Source: a virus. From it: a stretch of DNA of 64,000 bases. Shown piece by piece: positions 29,048-37,976 of the stretch; positions within the stretch are counted from its first letter, which is position 1, and each line of letters begins with the position of its first letter. A model generated the notes under the pieces. The model saw only the letters and a list, made by a program, of their open reading frames with translations, did not search any database and was not told the origin of the DNA. Both the position numbers and the translations under genes were made by a program. The stretch is from positions 1,984-65,983 of IMG/VR virus record IMGVR_UViG_3300050143_000020; one strand, given 5' to 3'.

Positions 29048-29674
29048 ATGAGCGAACGTGAACACTTTAAAAAGCTCAAACTAGCTCTCCGCAGCCGTCT
29101 CTTGGGACTTGCTATGGGAGACGAAGATTGGTGTCGTGCGCTCGAAGCATTCGACTATGTGGAGAATATTCACACTGGCTTCCGTAAAGATGGCGAGACT
29201 CCGGAATTCATGCATCAGATTCAAATTTGCCTCTTTCTGATGCAACATTATAAGAGTCTGACAGATCCGATTGGTGTTATTGTTGCTGCTCTTTTGCATG
29301 ATACACCAGAAGACTATCATGTCGACTTTCAAGATATCGAACACAAATTTGGCAAACAAGCAATGTATGATGTTCGTTGTTTGACTAAGAAATACAAAGG
29401 TGCTGTTCGTGACAAGCAAGAATGTTTTGACGAGATTGCTTTGAGTCAGAATGCATCTATTGTGAAAGGTGCCGACCGAGTTAACAACATCTCCACAATG
29501 ATCGGTGTCTTTTCTGAAGAGAAGATTAAATCTTATTGTGAAGAGACTCGAGAATACTTCTTTACTTTCCTGAAGAAAGCCCGTAGAATGTTTCCTAAGC
29601 AGGACTCTGTTTATGAGAACATCAAATTTTGTCTTGAAATCCAACTGAAAATTTATGAAGGCCTTTTGAAATGA
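29048..29674 (+). CDS. Stand-alone HD-domain hydrolase, SpoT/Mesh1-like
   Basis: H...RKDGETP...H, AALLHDTPED, V..LTK, VKGADRVNN. Confidence 0.8.
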   Translation: MSEREHFKKLKLALRSRLLGLAMGDEDWCRALEAFDYVENIHTGFRKDGETPEFMHQIQICLFLMQHYKSLTDPIGVIVAALLHDTPEDYHVDFQDIEHKFGKQAMYDVRCLTKKYKGAVRDKQECFDEIALSQNASIVKGADRVNNISTMIGVFSEEKIKSYCEETREYFFTFLKKARRMFPKQDSVYENIKFCLEIQLKIYEGLLK

Positions 29675-30747
29675 CGTATTATTTTGTTAGCGGTAATACC
29701 GTAAATGTTGAACCATCTGATTCTTTGGATGTAGTGAATTCTTTGCCAGCTAAGACATATGTGATCAAGATGAATCCAATGGCAAAGACATATTTTTTGC
29801 AGACAACTGCTGATTTTGAATTGCCAAAGAAAATTTATGGACATCCGAATGAACGATCGTCTCGCATTATCGAGACTTTTATGTCTCGTCCTAAGTCTAC
29901 TGGCGTTCTCTTGACAGGAGACAAAGGATCCGGTAAATCATTGCTCATGAAGCTTACTGCTATTGAATTGATGAAGCTTGGTATTCCAACGATCATCGTT
30001 AATGAAGCACTATCTGGACAAGAATTCAATACATTCATCGCGAGCATCACGCAACCTGTTGTCATCCTGTTTGACGAGTTTGATAAAATCTACAAAAATG
30101 ATGATCAAGAAGCTCTATTGACACTTCTGGATGGTACAATCGAGACAAAGAAACTGTTCATGTTTACTGTGAATTCTGGTCATGTTGATCAGCATATGCT
30201 GAATCGCCCTGGTCGGATTTATTACAAGTATGATTATCGTGGTCTTGATGAAGATTTCATTCGTGATTATTGCGAAGACAATCTGAAGAATAAAGATCAC
30301 ATGGAATCTGTGATGACTGTAACGACAACATTCTCGATGTTCACGTTTGACATGCTTCAGGCTTTGATTGAAGAAATGAATCGCTACAACGAAAATCCAT
30401 TTGATGTTATGAAGCATATCAACGTAGATTTTGCATCAGAGCATGTTACATACGATATTTCAATGATGTATGATGGTCAGATTGTTTCTAACTCAACGTA
30501 TCCTAATAAGATTCGAAATAGTCCTCTTGTTGTAGAGACTGATATGACAATTTACACAGGAAAGAATGTAACATTCGATGATTCTTACGAAGAAGAACTT
30601 AACGACATCGCTTTGAATACATCTACTCTTTATAAGGTGACCAAGAATGGACAAATGGTGTTCCGTTTCAATGTTCGAGAAAAGGATCTTTTCATAACGA
30701 TTGAACGAGAAAAGCCTCGTTCGATGAACTGGAGCATTGTTGCATGA
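29671..30747 (+). CDS. AAA+ ATPase
   Basis: GVLLTGDKGSGKS, ILFDEFDK, NRPGRI. Confidence 0.9.
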   Translation: MTYYFVSGNTVNVEPSDSLDVVNSLPAKTYVIKMNPMAKTYFLQTTADFELPKKIYGHPNERSSRIIETFMSRPKSTGVLLTGDKGSGKSLLMKLTAIELMKLGIPTIIVNEALSGQEFNTFIASITQPVVILFDEFDKIYKNDDQEALLTLLDGTIETKKLFMFTVNSGHVDQHMLNRPGRIYYKYDYRGLDEDFIRDYCEDNLKNKDHMESVMTVTTTFSMFTFDMLQALIEEMNRYNENPFDVMKHINVDFASEHVTYDISMMYDGQIVSNSTYPNKIRNSPLVVETDMTIYTGKNVTFDDSYEEELNDIALNTSTLYKVTKNGQMVFRFNVREKDLFITIEREKPRSMNWSIVA

Positions 30748-30905
30748 AGAATGTTCTGGATTTATTCGATACAAAAGCAATGATTCAACCAAAGAATGAA
30801 AAAGATATCATTCGTTTACTTGATGAATTCAATGTTGAAATTGAATATTTGCAACTTAATCTTGACAAGATAGAACAAGATCTGTTAAAATTGAAGAATA
30901 AGTAA
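30744..30905 (+). CDS. Small coiled-coil hypothetical protein (53 aa, below the ORF-track cutoff)
   Basis: MKNVLDLFDTK...LLKLKNK, translated by hand; ATGA overlap. Confidence 0.5.
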   Translation: MKNVLDLFDTKAMIQPKNEKDIIRLLDEFNVEIEYLQLNLDKIEQDLLKLKNK

Positions 30906-30930
30906 TCAACAAACTATAGAAGGAGCTTCT

Positions 30931-31995
30931 ATGTACAAACTAAGAGTATTCATCGGTCGATTCCAATGTGGAATTCACAATGGCCATGTCAATACAATCA
31001 AGTCGATCTCAGATTCTGATCGTATTCTAGTTTTGATCGGATCCAGTTATCGATCCAGGTCTATCAAAAATCCATTTTCATACAGTGAACGTCGATCTAT
31101 TATTCGTAGTTGGTGGGATGCAATTCCTCGATCGACTGTCCTTGATATTCTTCCTCTCGAAGATAATCCTTACAATGATAACGAATGGATTGCAAATGTT
31201 CAGTCTACAATTTCTGCATATGTTCATAGTCAAGGATTGACGAACTTTCAGATTGAAATCGTTTGCTCTGATAAAGAAGACTCGAAATCATATCCGCACT
31301 GGTTTCCTGGATATCAAAAGAAGATCATCCCTGCTCTTTCTTTTGAGAATGGTGATATCATTTCAGCAACTGCTGTTCGTGATGATTACTATAAGGTTGG
31401 TGCAAATTGTTTAGATAAATGGAATGAATTTACCATCAAGTATGGGAATTATCTTCCTTACGAAACAATCAGTTTTCTCTACAATTTTCTTATAACTGAT
31501 GCATATCAGAATCTATACGAAGAGAACAAGTTTGTAGAAGAATACAAGAAGTCATGGAGTGTTGCTCCTTATCCACCAATTTTCGTGACAACCGATGCGA
31601 TTGTGGTACAATCAGGTCATGTTGCACTTATTCAAAGACGAGATAGCCCAGGCAAAGGCTATTGGGCTCTTCCTGGTGGTTTCTTGAATCCTGAAGAACG
31701 TATCCAAGATGGATGTATTCGAGAACTTCGAGAAGAAACTGGAATCAAAGTTCCTGTTCCGGTACTCGAAGGATCTATCCTTCGGAATCAAGTTTTCGAC
31801 AAACCAGATCGATCTTCTCGAGGAAGAACTATCACTCATGCTTTTTATATCAAGTTGAAAGATGAGCTAGAACTTCCACATATCAAGGGATGCGATGATG
31901 CAATCAAAGCAAAGTGGATTCCTCTTTCCGAGCTTTATGATATGCGAGATCAGTTCTTCGAAGATCACTATTTCATTCTGAAGAGTTTCATTTAA
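30931..31995 (+). CDS. nadM: Bifunctional NMN adenylyltransferase/Nudix hydrolase
   Basis: FIGRFQ..HNGH, GSS....KNPFS..ER; Nudix box ALPGGF.NP.E.....RELREETG. Confidence 0.92.
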   Translation: MYKLRVFIGRFQCGIHNGHVNTIKSISDSDRILVLIGSSYRSRSIKNPFSYSERRSIIRSWWDAIPRSTVLDILPLEDNPYNDNEWIANVQSTISAYVHSQGLTNFQIEIVCSDKEDSKSYPHWFPGYQKKIIPALSFENGDIISATAVRDDYYKVGANCLDKWNEFTIKYGNYLPYETISFLYNFLITDAYQNLYEENKFVEEYKKSWSVAPYPPIFVTTDAIVVQSGHVALIQRRDSPGKGYWALPGGFLNPEERIQDGCIRELREETGIKVPVPVLEGSILRNQVFDKPDRSSRGRTITHAFYIKLKDELELPHIKGCDDAIKAKWIPLSELYDMRDQFFEDHYFILKSFI

Positions 31996-32068
31996 TTCTA
32001 TTGCTTTGATAGAGATGGTTCTAATCTATTGAAGTTTTTGTTCAGAACCTTTTGAAGGAGTTTCAAAA

Positions 32069-33553
32069 ATGTGGCAAGATTACGTTTCACAAGATGGTAG
32101 CAAAAGCATTCTGAGTTCTGTTGGGTTGCTTCAAGATGTTCTTTGTTTGAAGACTGATTCTTATAAAGTCGGGCACTGGAAGATGCTCGCTGAAGACACA
32201 GATAATTTCTTCTCTTATGGCGAAGCACGCGGTGCTGGTCATGGTATCGAAAAGACTGTGATGTTCGGGCTACAAGCAATCATCAAGAAATATTTTCTGA
32301 AGAAGATCACGATGCGTGATATCATGCGAGCTAAGCGCTTTGCTGATCGTCACCTGAAGCCTGGAGCTTTCAACTACGAAGGTTGGAAGTACATTGTTGA
32401 CGAGTACGATGGCTATCTTCCTCTGGAAATCTGGGCTGTTCCAGAAGGTACTGTTTTGAATCCAAAGAATGTTCTATATTATGTTCAAGCAACTGATGCA
32501 AAGTGTAAGTGGCTCGTTAGCTACTTCGAACCTCTGTGGTTGCAAGTTTGGTATCCAATCACCGTTGCATCCCTTTCTTATCAGATTCGCAAGAATCTTT
32601 CGAAGTTCTGGCAAGAAACTGTAGATGACGATCGCATGGGCGGATTAAATTTCGCTCTGCATGATTTTGGTTTCCGTGGCGTTTCTTCTCCAGAAAGTGC
32701 TGGTATTGGTGATGCAGGTCACTTGATGAGTTTCATGGGCACTGATACCATGATGGGCATTGCTGTTCTGTACGACTATTATGGTCTGGATGAAGAAGAT
32801 GATAATTCCATGCCTGGCTTCTCTGTTTATGCTTCTGAGCACAGTGTTGCTTGTGCTTTGTCGAATGCAGAAACCAAGAATGACTATGCATATCTTGAAG
32901 CAATGGTTGCTCTTCTGGAAAAAGAAGGCGGCATCGTTTCTGCCGTAGCAGATACATATGATCCATACCGCTTCACTAAGTGGGTCGGTACTGATTTCAA
33001 GGAACGTATTGAAAAATCCGGTGGTCGTTTTGTTGTCCGTCCAGATTCTGGTGATCCGAAAGTTGTTCCTGTTCAACTTATTGAAATGCTTCTTCAGCTT
33101 TATGGATACACGATCAATAAGAAGGGATTCAAGGTTCTTCCAGATTGCATCCGAGTTCTTCAAGGTGATGGTATCACCATTGAAACAATTAATGAAATCT
33201 GTTTGGCTCTTCGTGCCAAGGGTATTTCCGTCGAGAACATTGTCTTTGGTATGGGTGGTGGTCTTCTTCAACACTGTGATCGCGATTGGTTGAAGTTTGC
33301 ACAAAAGACTACTGCTATGCTTGTTGATGATAAGTGGATTCCATTGCAAAAGGATCCTATCACAGATCCAGGTAAGCAATCCAAGAAGGGTCGAGTCGAA
33401 ACTGTTCTTCGTGATGGCGAATATACATCTATCAACTTTGAAGATCGACGCGTTACTGATGTTGAAGTTATGCAACGTGTTTTCTTTAACGGTGCTCTGG
33501 AAAACGAAGTAACTGCTCCTGAAATCCGACAACGAGTCCAAGCTACTTTCTGA
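32069..33553 (+). CDS. nadV: Nicotinamide phosphoribosyltransferase
   Basis: KTDSYK..H, LHDFGFRG, ASEHSV, VADTYD, RPDSGDP, QGDGI, FGMGGGLLQ, KDPITD.GK.SKKG. Confidence 0.95.
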   Translation: MWQDYVSQDGSKSILSSVGLLQDVLCLKTDSYKVGHWKMLAEDTDNFFSYGEARGAGHGIEKTVMFGLQAIIKKYFLKKITMRDIMRAKRFADRHLKPGAFNYEGWKYIVDEYDGYLPLEIWAVPEGTVLNPKNVLYYVQATDAKCKWLVSYFEPLWLQVWYPITVASLSYQIRKNLSKFWQETVDDDRMGGLNFALHDFGFRGVSSPESAGIGDAGHLMSFMGTDTMMGIAVLYDYYGLDEEDDNSMPGFSVYASEHSVACALSNAETKNDYAYLEAMVALLEKEGGIVSAVADTYDPYRFTKWVGTDFKERIEKSGGRFVVRPDSGDPKVVPVQLIEMLLQLYGYTINKKGFKVLPDCIRVLQGDGITIETINEICLALRAKGISVENIVFGMGGGLLQHCDRDWLKFAQKTTAMLVDDKWIPLQKDPITDPGKQSKKGRVETVLRDGEYTSINFEDRRVTDVEVMQRVFFNGALENEVTAPEIRQRVQATF

Positions 33554-33566
33554 TAAAGATCGTAAC

Positions 33567-33590
33567 AAAGCCCTACGGGGCTTTACTTTC
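33567..33590 (+). terminator. Intrinsic terminator overlapping the next promoter
   Basis: AAAGCCC-TACG-GGGCTTT (UNCG loop) followed by ACTTTC. Confidence 0.7.
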
Positions 33591-33610
33591 ATCTGATCTT
33601 TCTGTATAAT
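33582..33610 (+). promoter_or_regulatory. Early promoter TTTACT-17-TATAAT
   Basis: Consensus-like. Confidence 0.7.
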
Positions 33611-33635
33611 CAATTTATTGAAACGGAGATACACT

Positions 33636-33890
33636 ATGAGCTATATTATGCATCTGAACACCGGAAAGCTTGATTTCGATAAGAATCGTAACATGTTGAT
33701 TCTTAGGAATTACATGGATGCTTTTCCAGATGAAGTGAAGGTTGTTTCTGACCATACTGGCAAAGTTGTTCGTTTCATTGCTGATTATGAAGAGGCAGAA
33801 CGTAATGAATTCTGGGATGGCGAGATGTATCAATATAAAAGTGTTGATGATCGACATCCTGATATTGTCTTGATTTTTGTGCGAGGTTAA
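33636..33890 (+). CDS. Hypothetical protein
   Basis: GGAG RBS before ATG 33636. Confidence 0.7.
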   Translation: MSYIMHLNTGKLDFDKNRNMLILRNYMDAFPDEVKVVSDHTGKVVRFIADYEEAERNEFWDGEMYQYKSVDDRHPDIVLIFVRG

Positions 33891-33892
33891 TT

Positions 33893-34087
33893 ATGGCTAA
33901 GATTTATCTTTTGGTTAAAGAGTTCTATGGTGATTTTGACATCCATCAAGAACAAGTGATCGGAGCCAATGAATCAAGCGTATTCATTGACACAATGGTT
34001 AATCTATACAACAATACGAGAACAAATGAAGAACTTCGTCAAGAAGTTTCATATTCCAAGAAATATGTTCCAATCATCGGAGAATAA
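33893..34087 (+). CDS. Hypothetical protein
   Basis: GAGG RBS. Confidence 0.65.
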   Translation: MAKIYLLVKEFYGDFDIHQEQVIGANESSVFIDTMVNLYNNTRTNEELRQEVSYSKKYVPIIGE

Positions 34088-34089
34088 TC

Positions 34090-34542
34090 ACGAAATACAT
34101 TGTATTCATTCTGGATGACATTGAACAGATTTTTATTTTTCCACGAATAGTTGATCATGATCGGTTTGCTGAAGGAATTGAAGCTATCCGATTTGGATCC
34201 GATAGAAATTGGGAACGAAAACTTCGGACAGAAGGTACTATTATTGCTGCTGGATTCATCGACCAAGGCAAATGTTATGGTCGATCAGAGACGTTGGATT
34301 TAGATTCTAGAGGCGATCTTGATACAGCTTTGTTGAAGGCATATTTTAATTGGAGAAATATCATGGCTGCTGTTATTGGATATGATCAGATTGTTTACAA
34401 ACGTTTCACTTGCTTTCGATGTAAGGCAATTGTTGAATATCATCCACTTGATGTTGTTTTGCTAGAAAAGACAGATCAACAGAATCGACGATATGCTGTC
34501 GAATGTCCATCTTGTCATAGGTACACCGATGTAGAAATTTGA
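34090..34542 (+). CDS. Paralog of 37713..37976 with an ACG start, in frame with a downstream zinc-ribbon ORF (own ATG at 34363)
   Basis: TKYIVFILDDIEQIFIFPRIVDHDRFAEGIEAIRFG... aligns with MKYVVMGLNGQESIFLFPRHVDHDRFVEGIEAIRFG...; C-terminal CFRC...CPSC. Confidence 0.6.
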   Translation, partial: TKYIVFILDDIEQIFIFPRIVDHDRFAEGIEAIRFGSDRNWERKLRTEGTIIAAGFIDQGKCYGRSETLDLDSRGDLDTALLKAYFNWRNIMAAVIGYDQIVYKRFTCFRCKAIVEYHPLDVVLLEKTDQQNRRYAVECPSCHRYTDVEI

Positions 34543-34594
34543 CATGGTCATACTGAAAGCAAAATGCATATCAATTAACATATAAAGAGGTATC

Positions 34595-34762
34595 ATGAAA
34601 ACAGGCGATAAATTCCGAAACAATGAAGGTACGATTGCGACAGTAAATGCAATTCGTGGTAAGAAGGTTTTCTTCTCTATCTCAACTGTTCGAGATCAGA
34701 AAGACGTTGGTCAAACAACAGAAGAAAATTTCCAGAAACGTTTTCCTATCAAGGTGAGCTAA
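34595..34762 (+). CDS. Small hypothetical protein (55 aa)
   Basis: GAGG RBS; MKTGDKFRNNEG..., translated by hand. Confidence 0.6.
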   Translation: MKTGDKFRNNEGTIATVNAIRGKKVFFSISTVRDQKDVGQTTEENFQKRFPIKVS

Positions 34763-34763
34763 C

Positions 34764-34934
34764 ATGGAAAAGATCATCTGTGCTATTTTTATTGGTTGTA
34801 TTGGTGGTGCGCTTGCTTGTTTGGGTCAATCTTTTGGCTTGTATCTTGTATCTTGTTTCTACTCACTGGGCTCTTGTTTTCCTTATTGGATTTCTCATTA
34901 CACAAGTAGCTTTGCTCGGAGGAGATATCGGTGA
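34764..34934 (+). CDS. Small hydrophobic protein, possibly frameshifted
   Basis: MEKIICAIFIGCIGG...; a second hydrophobic frame runs to 34946. Confidence 0.35.
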   Translation: MEKIICAIFIGCIGGALACLGQSFGLYLVSCFYSLGSCFPYWISHYTSSFARRRYR

Positions 34935-35011
34935 CTTTTTTGACTAAAGATGAAATCATAGCTATCTTAGAAAAGCTTAAAATTATAGCATCGTTTTGAA
35001 AGCTCTAAATT

Positions 35012-35425
35012 ATGACACGCATCAATCTAATCCACCCGCATGAGCTTTGTGATAAACATCTTATGGCAGAATACAGAGAACTTATCCGTATTCCTAATGC
35101 AGTCTTCTCTGAACGTATGAAGACACGCTATGCTGATGCTCCGAAGAAATACACGCTCGGAACAGGGCATGTGAAGTTCTTTGTTGATAAGCTTCGTTGG
35201 CTACATGAACGCCATGATTCTCTTTTCTGTGAGCTATGTTATCGCGACTTCAATGTTACGATGATGACATGGGAAAATCGCCTTCTGGATTTCTTCGAAG
35301 AAAATAATCTTTATAATGACTTTACACCGAGCCCAGAAGAGGTTACAATAAACCTAGAACGGATTGTTGAACGACTTCCAAAGAATGCTCGTTGGACACA
35401 TCGAGAAGAACCTTTTTATGTTTGA
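35012..35425 (+). CDS. denV: Pyrimidine dimer DNA glycosylase (endonuclease V)
   Basis: MTRINL..P.EL.D.HL.AEYREL.RI, YTLGTGHVKFF.DKL. Confidence 0.93.
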   Translation: MTRINLIHPHELCDKHLMAEYRELIRIPNAVFSERMKTRYADAPKKYTLGTGHVKFFVDKLRWLHERHDSLFCELCYRDFNVTMMTWENRLLDFFEENNLYNDFTPSPEEVTINLERIVERLPKNARWTHREEPFYV

Positions 35426-35436
35426 AGGATAAAATT

Positions 35437-36414
35437 ATGGGTGGAAATGCACTGAGTTTTGAAACACGCCGAGTAGATCGAGATGAATATTTCGAGATCG
35501 TAAATGATCTCGAAGGAAAGATTGCTCATTCTGGAATCAAGTTGTATGCAACAATTCCAGCATATCACACAAAAGAAACATTCGGAGACATTGATATCCT
35601 AATTGTTTCCGATATACCCAATCGAGATAAATGGATCAAAGAAATGTTTGGTCCTCGAGAGATTTATCATAATTCGGATTGCTTCTCTTTTGATTACAAG
35701 GATGTTCAGGTTGACTTTATCTTCACGAAGCCTGAAAATTTTGTAACTTCTTTGTATTATTTCGCGTTTAACGACTTGGGTAATCTACTCGGACGAATCT
35801 ACCATAAGATGGGACTTCGTTTTGGACATGATGGTTTGACTTTGATTGTTCGAGATGATACGCAAGTTGTCGGAGAAATCACTCTTTCAAAGAACATCGA
35901 TGAGATTCTGGAATTTGGCGGATATGATCCAATCAGATATCATGAAGGATTTGAAACAAAGTTGGATATCTTCAAGTTCGTTGTATCGAGTCCTTTTTAC
36001 AACTATGAGATCTTTGATCTGGATAACCGTAACTATCGAGCCAGGACGCGAGATCGTAAGCGTCCAACATATACAGAATTTCTGACATGGGCTCAAGATG
36101 AAGCAAATGCAACACAATCTGGATATGAATGGAATTCCAACAAAGCAGCATATCTTCCAAGAATTCTTCATACATTCAACAAGATTGATGAATATTGTGA
36201 TTTTCTGAAGAAGCACTCTAAGAATCTGAAGGTGAAAGAACTTTTCAATGGTCAATTGGTGATGGAATATACTGGATTGCAAGGCAAAGATCTTGGAGCT
36301 TTTATGACAAGATTTAGGCAACTATTTGATCAAGATGATCTTCTGAAGATGACTCCTGCAATGATCAAGGAAGAAATCTTGAATCTTTATGATAGGATGC
36401 TACCAGATGCTTGA
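35437..36414 (+). CDS. Conserved large-phage protein, Pol-beta-like nucleotidyltransferase fold
   Basis: MGGNAL start; K.TFGDIDILIV; VQVDFI; NDLGNLLGR..HKMG. Confidence 0.6.
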   Translation: MGGNALSFETRRVDRDEYFEIVNDLEGKIAHSGIKLYATIPAYHTKETFGDIDILIVSDIPNRDKWIKEMFGPREIYHNSDCFSFDYKDVQVDFIFTKPENFVTSLYYFAFNDLGNLLGRIYHKMGLRFGHDGLTLIVRDDTQVVGEITLSKNIDEILEFGGYDPIRYHEGFETKLDIFKFVVSSPFYNYEIFDLDNRNYRARTRDRKRPTYTEFLTWAQDEANATQSGYEWNSNKAAYLPRILHTFNKIDEYCDFLKKHSKNLKVKELFNGQLVMEYTGLQGKDLGAFMTRFRQLFDQDDLLKMTPAMIKEEILNLYDRMLPDA

Positions 36415-36682
36415 TTACTTGAAAGTTTCGTATGGGATATGTGGGTTGCTTATGATCATAGCATACATTCCAACGCTTATTCAGATGTTGAAAACTGAAG
36501 AAAATGATTCATCGTTGTTTGGTTGGATGATTTGGTGGATCTCTTCTATTGTAAGCGTTTTATATGCTGGATTTGTTGTACAAGATCATCTGTTCATGTA
36601 TGTTCAAATCGGACATCTAATTGGAACGAGTTCAATTGTAACAATTCAAGTCAGAAAGAAACATTTTGTGAAGAGCTCTTGA
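36407..36682 (+). CDS. PQ-loop/SemiSWEET-like three-helix membrane protein
   Basis: Three hydrophobic segments; AYIPTLIQMLKT...S...W..W..SS.....Y. Confidence 0.6.
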   Translation: MLDYLKVSYGICGLLMIIAYIPTLIQMLKTEENDSSLFGWMIWWISSIVSVLYAGFVVQDHLFMYVQIGHLIGTSSIVTIQVRKKHFVKSS

Positions 36683-36707
36683 CATAGATTATGTTCTATG
36701 TCAAAAT
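36679..36707 (+). promoter_or_regulatory. Early promoter TTGACA-17-CAAAAT overlapped by a perfect 10-bp inverted repeat
   Basis: TTGACATAGA-ttatgt-TCTATGTCAA. Confidence 0.65.
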
Positions 36708-36726
36708 ACAATTCAACTTGGAGAAC

Positions 36727-37266
36727 ATGATGACACCTATTGATATTTTAACCAATGATTCTTTCAATAATTTTCTGATGGATTGTGGACTCATCTACCA
36801 GAAAAAGCAGACAACCGCTCTTCGCTTTCCTTCATCTGAAGAAATTGGACAGACATTGATAACCTACAAATCTGTTGATGGTGTTTTGATAGAAGAATCT
36901 CGTACAATCATCTCAGAAGAAAATGTGATTGCTCGTAATCTTAAAATTATTGGACGCGAAAGCAACGGAGATCCGATTTATAACGAATGGCAGATTCCTA
37001 TTGATGTTGCGATTGAGAATTATGGCATAGATGCTTATTTCGAAATAAGCATGACATTCAAAGAATTCAAGAAGATTGCCACTATTACAGCAGTTAAGTT
37101 GGACTCTTCTTTGTGTGAATATTTGGGCGGAGAAAATGACACCCTCTATCTGAAGGTTTCTTGGAGTGATTCTCCTATGATTGCTCATGTTGGAGACTAT
37201 CTGACATCTGGAGGTTACTCTATTGCCAAAGCCAACATGGAAGATTACGAAGAATGTGATGCTTGA
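36727..37266 (+). CDS. Hypothetical protein
   Basis: GGAG RBS before ATG 36727. Confidence 0.7.
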   Translation: MMTPIDILTNDSFNNFLMDCGLIYQKKQTTALRFPSSEEIGQTLITYKSVDGVLIEESRTIISEENVIARNLKIIGRESNGDPIYNEWQIPIDVAIENYGIDAYFEISMTFKEFKKIATITAVKLDSSLCEYLGGENDTLYLKVSWSDSPMIAHVGDYLTSGGYSIAKANMEDYEECDA

Positions 37267-37291
37267 CATTCAAGCCATCAGTTGTTAAAAT
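37263..37291 (+). promoter_or_regulatory. Early promoter TTGACA-17-TAAAAT
   Basis: Consensus match. Confidence 0.75.
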
Positions 37292-37312
37292 TACTGATTG
37301 AAATGGTATATT

Positions 37313-37513
37313 ATGAAATCAAAACATGAATTGTATGAAGAATATTTGCATCTTTCTCGAATGATTGATCGATGTAAGAAAGATATCAGAGAACAAGAAT
37401 CTGGTGGATGGGGATCATCTAATCTGAGTCTTGATCAAATGAAAAAGGTTATGGATAGACTCGAGATCAAACTCTATTTGGCTAGCATTGCTTATGACAC
37501 ATATCAGGTTTAA
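37313..37513 (+). CDS. Hypothetical protein
   Basis: ORF track. Confidence 0.6.
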   Translation: MKSKHELYEEYLHLSRMIDRCKKDIREQESGGWGSSNLSLDQMKKVMDRLEIKLYLASIAYDTYQV

Positions 37514-37515
37514 TT

Positions 37516-37710
37516 ATGCATGAATCAATCGAGAATGAATTACATCGTCGTCTTGCAGAAGCTTTGCTTCGAGCAGAATCTGCAGAACGACAACATCGAA
37601 TGCAAGTATCTATAAATAGCGTCACAGAAAATCAGTTGATGGATGCAAATGCTCTTCTGAGTTCTCTTGGATACATTCAATCTGAGAATGGATACATTAA
37701 AAAGGATTAA
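37516..37710 (+). CDS. Hypothetical protein
   Basis: ORF track; RBS. Confidence 0.6.
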   Translation: MHESIENELHRRLAEALLRAESAERQHRMQVSINSVTENQLMDANALLSSLGYIQSENGYIKKD

Positions 37711-37712
37711 TT

Positions 37713-37976
37713 ATGAAGTATGTTGTCATGGGACTGAACGGCCAAGAATCTATCTTTCTTTTTCCTCGTCATGTTGATCACGATCGATTCGTTGAAGGCA
37801 TTGAAGCAATTCGTTTTGGTTCAATTTATGATTGGGAACGTAAATTTCGATCAGAAGGTGAATTGCTTTCTGCTGGTTTTGTTACAAATGGCAGATGTCA
37901 TGGTCGATCTGAAACTCTAGATTTGGATTCCCGTTCAGATGTTGATACAGAACTTTTAAAGGTATCCTTTCAATGA
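37713..37976 (+). CDS. Hypothetical protein, paralog of 34090
   Basis: G.C.GRSETLDLDSR motif shared with the 34090 ORF. Confidence 0.75.
   Translation: MKYVVMGLNGQESIFLFPRHVDHDRFVEGIEAIRFGSIYDWERKFRSEGELLSAGFVTNGRCHGRSETLDLDSRSDVDTELLKVSFQ

Noticed and set aside
32645-33634. 329-aa minus-strand ORF opposite nadV
   Set aside because: Antisense shadow of a strongly codon-biased gene; no RBS, promoter or recognisable motif
34543-34571. TTGACA followed by CAAAAT as a promoter
   Set aside because: Weak -10 and uncertain spacing; not listed as a feature
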